In this document: piece by piece, positions 12,319 through 23,560 of the stretch
Numbering within the stretch: position 1 is the first letter of the stretch
How the letters are laid out: every line of letters begins with the position of its first letter
Assembly (NCBI RefSeq): GCF_024521635.1
Contig: NW_026250451.1
Span: forward strand, 62,001-99,686
Direction of reading: 5' to 3'
DNA: 37,686 bases
Source: Tricharina praecox
Lineage: Eukaryota
Notes under the pieces: generated by a model
Databases searched by the model: none
Told to the model about the DNA's origin: nothing
The model's input: only the letters and a program-made list of their open reading frames with translations
Program-made: the position numbers and the translations under genes

Positions 12319-14607
12319 GAGAAGAATATTTCGCGCTGCGCAGCCGAGAAGATGATGCTGGTCGCGCGCTAAAGGGTTGGGCTTTCGGGGAGGGTTTTGC
12401 TGAAGGGTGAAAGTGTATAGCTGATAGACATGAATGGACCGCCTCTCCGATGAAGTCCGTCGTTTCGACAATGGGAATTCGCTGCCTCTTAATTAAGTAA
12501 ATATGTATCTTGATATATGAATATCGACAGAGAGTAGAACGATGCCAAGCACGGATCTTCAAGGTTCCGGCGGTTGTGGGTGGCCATGGTGACATGCCAT
12601 CGACGCTAAGCGAGGCAGCGATCCATCGGCGCAATACGAGAACGAACACGAGTGAGAACGAATAGTTGAGAAATGACCAAGAAAACAAGGGAACATTCAA
12701 TGAGCGACCGGATGTTGCTTCATCCGATGCCGCTCGGCGGTGCTCGAGGTTAGAACACCGTAGGGTTGCTGGCTGGAAATACATGCGCTCTACATATATA
12801 GATGGGACATACCAGGGCGAAGGGCAAGAGAAGCCACGGCGGCTGGCCTAACAAAAGTTCAGTTGGACAGTGGACATAGAAATGGAGTGTGTGTAGATTT
12901 CCATGATCCAGCTAGGTAGGTCGCATGCAATCAATGATTGAGGAAAAACAAAAAACCGTCTAGAAATACCGATACGTGTGCAACCAGGAAGCCTTACGTC
13001 GTGACCACCTCCATTACAGTTGTACGGGCGACTGGTCCTAATAAGGTCATATACTCGCCGGCTACAGCAAAATGAGTGAGATATAGTGAGATTCTGTGTG
13101 GAGACCATGGGCTTGACACTGGTAGCGAAATGGAGGTGGTTACCACTTGCCCTTTCACCCTTGTACATCCACATAGTACTCTACATTGCCATGATCGAGC
13201 TATGGTAAATCCCTAAAGGTGGGAGATGACTGAAAACTGAGTGGGCTGCGGGCCGGCGGTTGGGAGGTCAAGGCTGCGGTTAAGATAAAGGCTGCGATGA
13301 GGCTGCGATGAGGCTGGGGTTGAGTTTCAGCCCAACCTGGTACATATTTCAGAGGACTGTGTGTGACAAGAAGGAGAAAGGTATTGTACAATCCTCTTAT
13401 AGTATTGACCCACTCTGCCGCCCTAAAAGAAGTGGCGCTACCACGGTAACTACATTGCAGTTACTAAAAGGTTCCGAATGGAAAGCTCAAACTTCGTGGC
13501 CCAGAGGTGCTTCTCGATTTTCGCATCTTGATACCCTTCCGTAACTGTTATTACTTCTGCACTCTGTGAGAAAGTAGTATTTTGAGAACCGGTCTTTCGA
13601 AAATGAGAATCGGGAGAAGAGAGTGAAAGTTTGGGAGTTGTGTGAAATGCGCATTGTGTCGAGTATTTAGTAATAGAAGGTATCGGAGCCGTCGCCGACC
13701 CGTCACACAATATGCATCTCCTCAACTAGGTCCTTTGCCGTAGGGCCACAAGGGAAAACTTTGATCTACTCTCGGTCGTGTGTACGTAGCGGGCTGTTTT
13801 AAACTACGACTTCGTCTGGCCCGATAAATACGTCGACAACCAATTCGTGAGCTGCTTGGGTGAGGAATGATGTCGTGATCTTCAATTGTTTATTGAGGGC
13901 TTGGGAATCAACGCCTTGGAATCTTCCAAGATTACGCGGCTAGGGATGGTTATAGACCGATCTACCTAATATAATGTACCGGGCTTGGAGCTTGTAGCTT
14001 GGAGTTTGGACTGTGACATTTGGTGATAACCATAGGAAATCACTCGGTATGTCTGCTACGTCGGTTTGTGGATTAGGTCGAGCATATTTTAGGTGTCGTC
14101 ATAGGCTTATATAGACTGAATCAAACAGATAGAGCAGACTTTAAATCAGAGGAAGTAAGCAATCTGCCGTGTATCCGTCATTACGATCTACCCACCGCAC
14201 AATCTTATATTTCATATCCTCAACCGTCCTACTCCGGTCCAACGCCTTAGATTCCAATCGTCATTATCCGCATCGCTCGACAAGTTGCTACATATCATTA
14301 TCCATCGGCGCAATAGCACATACGGAAAATTTTGTGTCTACTTCTCGTGGACTCTTGGAAGATGAAAATGCTGGTCAGACCTGTAGGCTGCAGGTACGGA
14401 GTCCAGAACCGTCGCTGCAAGCGGCTCAACTATCTGACACGAAAGTACATTGATATGTACAGCTTGAGTTTCGAAACCGTAATCATCTTACATAAACATT
14501 GAGTTTCCGGTTGCCTCCTCCTTTCATCTTATTATTAACCTAAACGCAAGTCAACCCCACATGAACTCATCCCCGTCATTACGATAGCACAAACCCCCAG
14601 GCCCAGT

Positions 14608-16240
14608 CTAAATCACTGCCCAGAAGCCCAAACCAAGAGCCATACCCACCGACATGGTGAATCCTACTGCACTAACTGTGACAGCCGATCCCGATCCCTT
14701 CGCTGATCCCTTCGCCGACGCCGCCGCCGTGTTAACACTCTTCTCGCTCCCCGCACTAGCCGACGCCTCTGCGGTATAATTCGTTACTGCGTCCCCTCCA
14801 CCGCTCCGATACCAGTTCTCTTCGGGATCGTCGAGACACTGACCCACGGTCACGCCCTTGAACCCGGCATCCTTGATGGTCTGCAGCATGTGCTTCGTCA
14901 ACTGCGTCACTGTCATCTCTTGGATGTCGTGGGCGATGACGAGGAACTTGGAGTTTGCTGGGTCCACGGTAGATACTTTGTTGGTAAAGATCAGCTTCGA
15001 ACCGGAGATCGTTTCGAGCGTCCCTCGATTGTAGTCGTCGGTGTCGAGGTCAAAATAAGTTATGTGCTGGGGGGGGATCGGTCAGCAGGGCAGGAGGAGC
15101 GAGCGGAGCAATGACGGAAGGGAGATGAATGACGGCGAAAACCAGAGACACGGGAACAGGAACGACGGGAATGAGGGAGGACTCCATACGTAGCCCAGAT
15201 CGTTCAGATCGGATCTGCATTCTTCAGTGCAGGAAGAGTATGGAGGACGCATATACGTGGGGATGTAGCCGTCGCCCAAGATGTTGCGAAGTGCCATCTC
15301 GAGCTTGATAATCTCATCCTTTCTTTGTTCCTTCGTGATCTTGGTGAGATCAGCATGTGACCAGGTGTGGGAAGCGATTTGGTGTCCGTCGGCGATCATG
15401 CGCTTGATCATAGTGTCCCAACCGTATGTCGGATCATCAATGGCTCCCTTGCCGAGGTTGACGCCGGTCACAAAGAATGTCGCCTTCATGTCGTATTCCG
15501 TCAGAAGATCGAGGATTTCGGGAGTGTATTTGTACGGACCGTCGTCCTGGGTCAAGGATAAGCAAAGAAATAGAACAGGATAGTATAAACGATACGTACG
15601 AAGGTCAGAGCAACATTACCTGCCCTGGTACAGCTGTGGATATCCGTGGTGTAGGATACATTCCCGATTGGCGACCGATCGACCGAAGCGGTATTCTCAC
15701 CGTCTGGAGTTTGTGAAGCATCGCATGTTCCAAAATTGATCAAGCAGTCAGGGCTCTTGCAATGGGCGGTAGTTGTACCGCAATATCCAACCGACGAGCA
15801 GCACTCGCCGTTGATACACTTCGCATTGTTATGTGTTGGACCACACACAGTCACTCGTGCAGTTGTGGAGTCTCCTTCGTGGCATTTTCCGAATGCTGGT
15901 TGACATCTGTCCACTAGTAACGGGATCAGCCTGTTGCTCAAACAGAGAGATCTAGTTACATACCACAATGTTCATCTTTGTCGCCACAGTAACCTTTATA
16001 ACTGCAGCAGAGGTTTCCCCCTTCTTTTGGACAGTGCATTCCTTTCCCGGCACCCGCATAGTCGTTGCCGCAAGTTCCATCCGTGGTATATACAACTGTC
16101 TGGCGGCCGTTTAAACTGTTTAGATCGATACCTGCACCGGACCGCACTCCGAGCCGCGGACCGTGTTGGTGAGCCGAGGACAGCGCCGTCCACGATAGTG
16201 CAACCAGGGCCGCCGAAATCGTGACTTGCCTGAATTGCAT
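14608..16240 (-). CDS. Chitin deacetylase (CE4/NodB) with signal peptide, two CBM18 hevein domains and probable GPI signal, ~468 aa; exons 16240-15964, 15913-15600, 15546-15190, 15066-14608
   Basis: Spliced CE4 motifs TFDDGP, SHTWSH, RPPY, DTDDY and IAHD. Hevein motifs CCSYKGYCG...C and CCSSVGYCG...HC. N-terminal MQFRQVTISAALVALSWTALSSA; Ser/Ala-rich linker then hydrophobic C-terminus. Exon total 1407 nt. Confidence 0.93.
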
Positions 16241-16918
16241 GATTGCTGCTCCTTGCTGAATATATGGCAATGTATTAGTATTATGGTGCATATTAGATTT
16301 CGGGATGCGAGTTGTCTGAACGAATGTGTATCCTCCAGGACCGCCAAAAGAATGAAAAATCTTCCAGCCACGCTCGTCTCGGGGAAGGAAGAGGTTAAAA
16401 AGCTCACCGTCGACGAAGAAACCGAATAAGGCAAGGGTACCTGTACTTTGAATTTTACTATATTAACCGCCAAGATACACGTCAAACGTCCAATACCGAG
16501 GTGTAGTGACGATGGCACGACTACCGTTTACCCGCCTACTATGCATAAAATATTCCCCTACCTATTGAAAACCTCACCATCCCCTTCCGAGGCTTGAATC
16601 CTTGTAACATACCGTGCCGCTTGGTAAGGCGTTTTGTGGGCCGGGTCAACGACAGATTTAGGAAACTGCCATCAACGGCTGGTCGGGACTCGCCGATAGG
16701 ATAGGCGAGTGATTGGCGCTGACATGTCTTGCATAGTGCGCAGCCGAAACACCCCGAAGGAAGGATTTACTCCACATATCGGATCGTCACCTCTTGTCGC
16801 CCTTATAGTCAACCATGAATGATGAATCATAAGCTGTCAATCGCTGACGGAACATAGGTAGTCGAACCCTGGGCGATTCCCTGTGCGACAGGAGTGATTC
16901 CCTTCATACAGGTTTAGC

Positions 16919-17406
16919 AGCATATCTTTGGTCCATCTGAATTGAGGTATCTCTGAACGGAAGTGAAATGAGGCTTGTCTTTCCCCATGGATGGAATCGC
17001 GCCTGCGCAAGCATCACGCCGCGCGAACCGAACAAGGAAGAAGCTGTGGCTAAATGCAATGCCAGCGAAAGCTATATACTATGCAGAGCGGTACCCTCGC
17101 GCTTCTATGTACCGGTTCAGAGTGGAGCACAAGGCAATCGGTCCGTGCCTCAAGAAGATCGGCAAGCGCGCTAACACCACCTGTTGTGGTGCGACTGCGG
17201 AATCAAGCAGTTCGCGAGCAGCTACCGGTATTCAGCTGCAGGAAGTTGAAGTCCCAGCCAGAGATCCTGTGGATACAGGTCCGGCGGAAAATGATAAACC
17301 CGGAAGCCGGAAGGACAGATCTAAACATCCGCCCTCTTCATTGAAGAAAAGTGCAGCTTGGCTATGTTGGATTTCCTGAGGTGCACAAGAGGCGGCAGGA
17401 ACTACC
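16919..17406 (+). mobile_element. Decayed non-LTR retrotransposon (LINE, Tad1-like) ORF2 C-terminal fragment with zinc-knuckle relic
   Basis: Across stops and frameshifts it reads SISLVHLN*GISERK*NEA...RFRVEHKAIGPCLKKIGKRANTTC/WCDCGIKQ/REQLPVFSCRKLKSQPEILWIQVRRK.../FIEEKCSLAMLDFLRCTRGGR. This matches the recalled fungal LINE pattern SLAHLKR.ISE.KW...GH..IG.YL..IG......CWWC.....REHLF..C.....Q..LW...LF..E.CS.A.LDFL. Confidence 0.75.
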
Positions 17407-17495
17407 TAACGAGGACGGCGAGGAAAAAGACGAGGGGATTGGGAAGGGAATGACTGATTTGCTTCCGGCTTACTTTCTGGGGTGTCTTTTGCGTT

Positions 17496-17756
17496 TACAC
17501 CGGCTGATAAGGGCGAGATGAGAAACCCTGTCGGGCCGGGCACTTAGGTGTTCGGTGGGGAAATGAGAATACATGACTCAAACCGTCATGACCGGATACA
17601 GTCGGATAGATACAGAAAAGTGATGAAATGACATACATAAAAAAATGTCCACCACAACGGTATTTGCCCCTGCAGCACTATACACTGGCAGATAGTGGGG
17701 AGAAGAGAAACCCCTAGTTACCGGGTCAGGCACTTCGGTGTTTTGATTGGAAACGG
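17496..17756. repeat. Diverged ~70-bp direct repeat pair (17496-17566, 17681-17756)
   Basis: TACACCGGCTGATAAGGGCGAGATGAGAAACCC..GGGCACTTAGGTGTT versus TACACTGGCAGATAGTGGGGAGAAGAGAAACCC..AGGCACTTCGGTGTT. Confidence 0.6.
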
Positions 17757-20700
17757 ACCTTGTGTAGATACTCAGTTATGTAGAGTACCTGGGTCTGTTC
17801 GACAAAAACGGACCATCCGCTAAACTGGGTTGATGACCGCTGGCGAGTCGCGACCATCTTGGCGAAACGAACGTTCGACGATCAGTCGCGCTTCGCTTCA
17901 CGCCGCAGAGCCCCATCACGATAACGCTCCCCGCCACGTTCACTCCCCACCACCTTCACTCATCAAGGCTACTACCCACGTGTCGATTCCTCATGAACAA
18001 CTGTCTCATCGAACCAGCATCGTCGGAACGAGTGGAGTTAATCGCCGCTCATCTGCATTCTACGCCAGGTCGATTCCCTTTGGCAACAGACACCACGTAA
18101 CCAGGTACACCTACCTACCTGTCTCGCGCGAACCAGTCCATACGCAAGACGTCGACACTCGACAGACCCTGACGAGCTCACTACCCTTCATCGGCCCGGA
18201 AACACCATGCGATACAACTCCCCCACGATCCTTCTCGACACAAACGGCGGAACGGGTCAAATGGCGACTACGCCAGAATGCAACTACTTCAACGCGTCTG
18301 GGTGAGGGTGTCAGTCTGGTGCGGTTCATCCATGTTCCGCGGCTCGCGATGGCTCTCGCATCCGATCGCAGGATGATTCCGCCACTTCCGATACCGCAAC
18401 GTTTCGCATTCCATTTGCCCCACCCCCCTCTCATCTAGGCGACTGAGAGGCGATTCGAAAGGAACTCGACAGGTCGACTATATCCATACGCAGGTTGCTC
18501 CAATACCTACTATTGCTACAACCATTGTCGGTGATCAACTGCTGCATCTGTGAGAGGGTAAGCCATCCTTTCCCCCTCGACTCTCAATAAGATTCTTCAC
18601 CACTTCGAGCACTCATTCCATTCCCTCCCAGGACCAGATCGGAAATCCGAGGGCATTCAGTGGGAGCATAACCGGCCGCGTGTTTCTGATTGTAAGCTGG
18701 GCTCATTTCGCAGGGACAGTCGCATAGTCAGCGTTGTACGCCTCTCAGCTCAGCGCATCCCATATCTTATGCCCACAACTTCCCGGCCTAGGGGACAATC
18801 ACTGCATTCCGTTTGGATACTTCCCCATGCTCCCTCCAGTCACCCCATATTCCCCACAGCGCCATCGATAGCAGCTATCGTTTGTTCCCGCGACAATACA
18901 ACACAGCCGGGAACACAGGGTGGATTTAGGAGTCGACAAATGGACTTTAACCATGCCGGCGATGTATTGCAAGAATTGTGGTCTTGAGGGTAGTGGGGGC
19001 TAGTCTTCTACATAGAGAATCAACTCACCGGGTTCGATACGCTTGCTCGAGCGGGCCGACCAAAGCGGGGTGGGGACATACGGACCATCCAAACCCGTCC
19101 TCGGGCCCGATGGTAGCATTAGAGCAAAAGCCGCACCATTCCTACTAAAGAACCGACGGAACCAAGGCCGGCTAACACGGATAACCGGATTCTGGATCGA
19201 GATGACACTGATGATGATGAATTCGGTGCTGTAGTACAAATTTTCCTTGATGTGCTGGGTCGATTGATATTTCATGAGTCGTGATGAATTCGGGGGAGTC
19301 GCGGAAATTGGACAGTCAGATGCTCTTGATAACCTAGCTGGCGCGGGCAAAGAGATTGACAGCGCCGACGCCCCATGAATGAGGTGGGCGCCGATAAGGG
19401 AATAAAGATGCTGGTCGGAACACTGGGGGATTGTTATATCGGCTGCCGAACGCAGTCTATAGTAGAGTAGGGGAGATCAACGAGCAGCAGCAGCTGCTCG
19501 ACTACCTATGTCTTCTTCAATGTACGTGACCTACTCCCGTAGCATCAACGGCGTCGTTCTCCACGCTCTCGATCCGTGATCGTGCAACCTATTTTCCGCA
19601 AGTATAGCAGCGAGAGTTAGTGGACGTCGTGGAGGTTACATGCTAGTTAGCCGGAACCAAAGTTATTGAATACCCAGCATGGGCGTGAGGTAGTTAGGAG
19701 GTTGTCCGAGAGCAGCAGGGCTGAGGGGAGCATCCCAAAATCGACGATGAAATCTGTGCCGAAGCAATCATAATATCTCACTCGAAATCTCACTCAAAAT
19801 CTCACTCGCTCGAAACAACGATAAATTCATGCTCGACTCGACTCGACGTTGCGTACTCTACATGCTCGGACAGCGAAACGCTGATTTGAGTGCAGAACCG
19901 ACGAAAAATTAGTGCCGAACTAAGGACGTTCCTCTTCTTTTGTCGTCCATCATTCACATGCCCTTTCCTCGGTGTGATCCGCACAGACAAGGGCTGATTC
20001 GCGGAGGGCAAAGGTGAGCCTATGTGACAACGTCGTGCGCATGGCCAACAGCGGCCGGAGACGGTGGTGAACAAGGCTCGGATATGTAACTTTCATGATC
20101 TAGTAGTAAGGTCGAATGCAAGGAGGATTAAACCAAAATAAAAATTGGGGATTGCGAGTGACGGCTGCTACCAGCAGCAGCCAAGGCACCTCGGATCGCA
20201 TCGTGACAAAAGCCAGTGTCTGTCGCTGCCAACTTGGGAGAATACGTATGAGGATACCTATGCGATGAGACGGCAAAGTACCCAACGGGGAGCGCTGGGT
20301 AGCGGCGGCATAGCAACACTGAGGAATTCTAGTCCAAATACCGGTGGATAGGCGAAATACCAATAAAACAAGAAAAGGAAAAAAAATGATTTCTTGTTTG
20401 CTCAAAAATCAGCAGACACTAGGAATACACTAGACTACCTACACGTATCTAACAGCCCAAGGAAGGATAGGATAGGAAGATGCGTTGCCAATGATTCTGT
20501 CCATTGCGGCTCTTACTGTCTTTTTATTTTATTTGGGGTGGATACTACTCTAGTAGTTGCACCTCTGCGCTCACGGCATACTTATGATACGAATAGTACT
20601 TACTCTAGGTGAGTATACGGGTATCGTGATACTGGTATCATTATGTACTCTCTCTTGAGCACATACCACTAATCATTGAGAAAATGTAACGCAAGGCAAG

Positions 20701-23560
20701 GCAAGTGCACCGGCACTCCACTCTTCCGCCGCCATGACGTGGGGGGCTCGGAACATTGCCGTTGGATATGGAAAGTACAGCGTGATAGAATCTGAGACAA
20801 CCCTAGAGTACGTATGTAGATGTAGAGTACATACCGGCATGGACGTATGGGGAAAGGTATCCCGTGGTCCGGCAAACACTCGATGATGTCCGGCATGCGG
20901 CAGCGCCAATACGTAGTGACTCAGCCGTATAACTCCTTGAACAGTTTAGTCGCGTTGTGGTGGTTCATGTGTGTTGATTCTTTATACTCGACATATCTAC
21001 GGCACGGCGACTTCGCCATGACCACTAACTAATGCATGTTAAACATCGACCATGCGGAGTATGTACATGTAACATATGTAGGACCTGGGGATTCTCGAGC
21101 CGATTGCTCTTATCCGGGCGAGGATATCACAGATTCTTCCGCCTCTAATAGAGTACATACATACTTACTGTTCTTCTAGAGTACTCGTGGCAGCCAGCCA
21201 TTTAGTATCCGGACACGTACCTAGCCTTTTTCCTGGACATGAATGATCCCTTTCCCCGCGCAGATCAGTAGATAGTTTTTCATCACGATTTTCGGTTCAA
21301 GCGAAGATAAGATTTGGATATGATGTCCTCGGGAATGTCGTCGCGCTACTAGTTATAGACAAACTCCGCATCCTTCATGCCTGCCTGCCACGAGGAGGCT
21401 CTAGTACGAGATTACATGGTGGATAAAATTAATAATCTCTTGTCCAGCCCACAGATGTGGAGGTAGTACATAGGGCTGGCACTTCTGGCTTCAAGCTTGC
21501 CGTCCATCTGGGCGGAAATAAATTCCATCGTTATATGTAGCTACCTACCTGGTATGTACAGGTGGGGCGGGGGCGGGGGCGGGGTGTGGGGGGGAACCTC
21601 AATATACATATCGCGTCGGTTATAGCCACAGATCGGATCTGCGACACTATGATCTCGCGTCTGATTTGTCTGATTTCCTTTCCCGCTCTCCGGCTACTAC
21701 TTCTATGCGTTTTCTACTACTACGGTAACTACATATGTAGGGAGTGCGGAGATGATACTGCGGCCTGTTGTTGGCCCTTCAGTGGGCATGCGGCTGCAGT
21801 CACTGACTCACTGCACGACGCCAGGCAACACCAACGTAGAGTATTCCACCTACTCTCCCTTGGTCGCTACTCGGGTCCAATTGGAAGTTAATACATACAA
21901 CTTTTACCCATCATTATATTTTTGTTCTTGTCACGGCCTTGGGCAATGGGAAGTGTGGAGCCCACATGGTGCCGGTCTTCGTCGAGAGACCCAACGGAAC
22001 CGGGAGTGCTTCTCGGAGGCTGGAGCAGGAAGCGGACAGAAATAGGTACTCGTGGTGCCACTGGCCTGTGGGCATAACGTTTTCGAAGTTTCAATGGGCG
22101 CGATGGGTTTCTGAGACTCCGAACCAATCTTTGCGTGAACCGGTGAGAAGTTTTGCTGCGAAACTACTGTTTGGGGAAAAGCCTTAGGTTAGGCCAAAGA
22201 ATTGACTGAATTCGCGAAGACTCCATGCCTACCAGAGTAGATACCGTATCAGGCAAAAGTTCGCCGTAGAGTGGGTAGGCACAAGGTACCTATGTACATA
22301 CTCTACTCCAATCTACCTAGATCTACATATATCGCTCGCACAGAAAAAAATACTCTACTCCAATCTAGATCTATATAGTAGGTAGTCGGGGACTAAGCCG
22401 AGAACTTCTTTTGGTTATCAAGACAAAGCGGACGCCGGACTCGAAGCCAAATAATCGAATCATGCAGGAAAGAAAATACGCTTCAAACCGTTCAACGTAC
22501 ATGCGTAGATACAGATTCCCGCTTTCTCCGAGTTACATACTCTCACAGTGTGCTTCCGGAACGGCATCCGTCTTTCTTTGCTCTACTCATCATGGCATGC
22601 GACCTTATCAGATCATGGCAGTCAGCGGAAACGGCATCCATAGTACTAGCACATACCAAGAGACTTCGACAATGTTTGACATATCGGAGTGAGAAATGAT
22701 AGTAACGTTTCTCCTACCAGCCTCCCATCCCCCAATCGGATCATCGAACACGGACGCGAACATGAAGGATACTTGAAGGGATTTACTGGGAGCGGGGGAA
22801 ACGGGGATCGTGGGCGGCGTTGATCGTTCCCTGAACGCACAGTTCAGAGGGTTTCTCCACTCTCCTACGCTACTCCGCCTCCATATCGCTATGCCTCCAA
22901 TCTCCAACAGTCGGGCGGATCCAGCACCGTTGGGCGCAGCAACAGAAATTATTTTTCATGTGGGGTGGGGGGAGAGGACGGGTGGGTGGGAGGCGGTCGA
23001 TTGGCATTGCCGACAGACCGCCGCCAGTTCATCCGATTCCGCGGTGGCTGATTGGCGCCGTAAACGGTGGCTGCTGTCTCGTTCGCACTGCGAGTAGTAA
23101 GCTGCCACAATCCGCAAGGTTTGCGTTGTGCGCTGTCGGCGTTCGTGCGTTTGCCGAGGAATTCCAGCGAATTCGGAAAGTATGACTGGTTTTCCGCGTT
23201 CCAATTGGCGCCCGCCCCACACCTATGTGTCCTCTCTTCATGATCGCTACCGGAAGCTGTAGTAGTTTAAGCTGTAGTTTAAGCTGCAGCACTGTGCTTC
23301 TACAATCCCATGTGGCGCGAATCGCATCCGACGCTGTCAGCGTCGCAATCGTATCCTATGGCTCACGGAATACGTGGTCTACAAATATACATATCCGTCC
23401 CAGCCTCACCACAAACTCCTGGCATCCGAATCCGTTTTTCGGCCGCCTTTCGTCGCACCCCCGGTACCAACGGCTCAATCGAACACCAAGCCTAACAAGC
23501 TACCTCCGGAGAAATACACGCACTGTACTGCCAAGGTCCGTTCCTTGGAAAAACGACGGG

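Noticed and set aside
13799..14020. Minus-strand protein-like stretch FQGVDSQALNKQLKITTSFLTQAAHELVVDVFIGPDEVVV* downstream of a TATATAA
   Set aside because: The only plausible ATG and intron combination gives an immediate stop; no recognisable domain.
19025..19045. GGTTCGAT tRNA T-loop-like motif
   Set aside because: No pairing T-stem, D-arm or acceptor stem; no tRNA or rRNA gene was recognised anywhere in the window.
19774..19808. Short tandem (ATCTCACTC.AA)x3, and a similar short direct repeat at ~22298-22375
   Set aside because: Simple slippage duplications with no further structure.
23225..23560. Upstream in-frame ATG extending the NLR by 112 aa
   Set aside because: The translation is UTR-like and includes a small tandem duplication; ATG 23561 is preferred, though the extension is not formally excluded.
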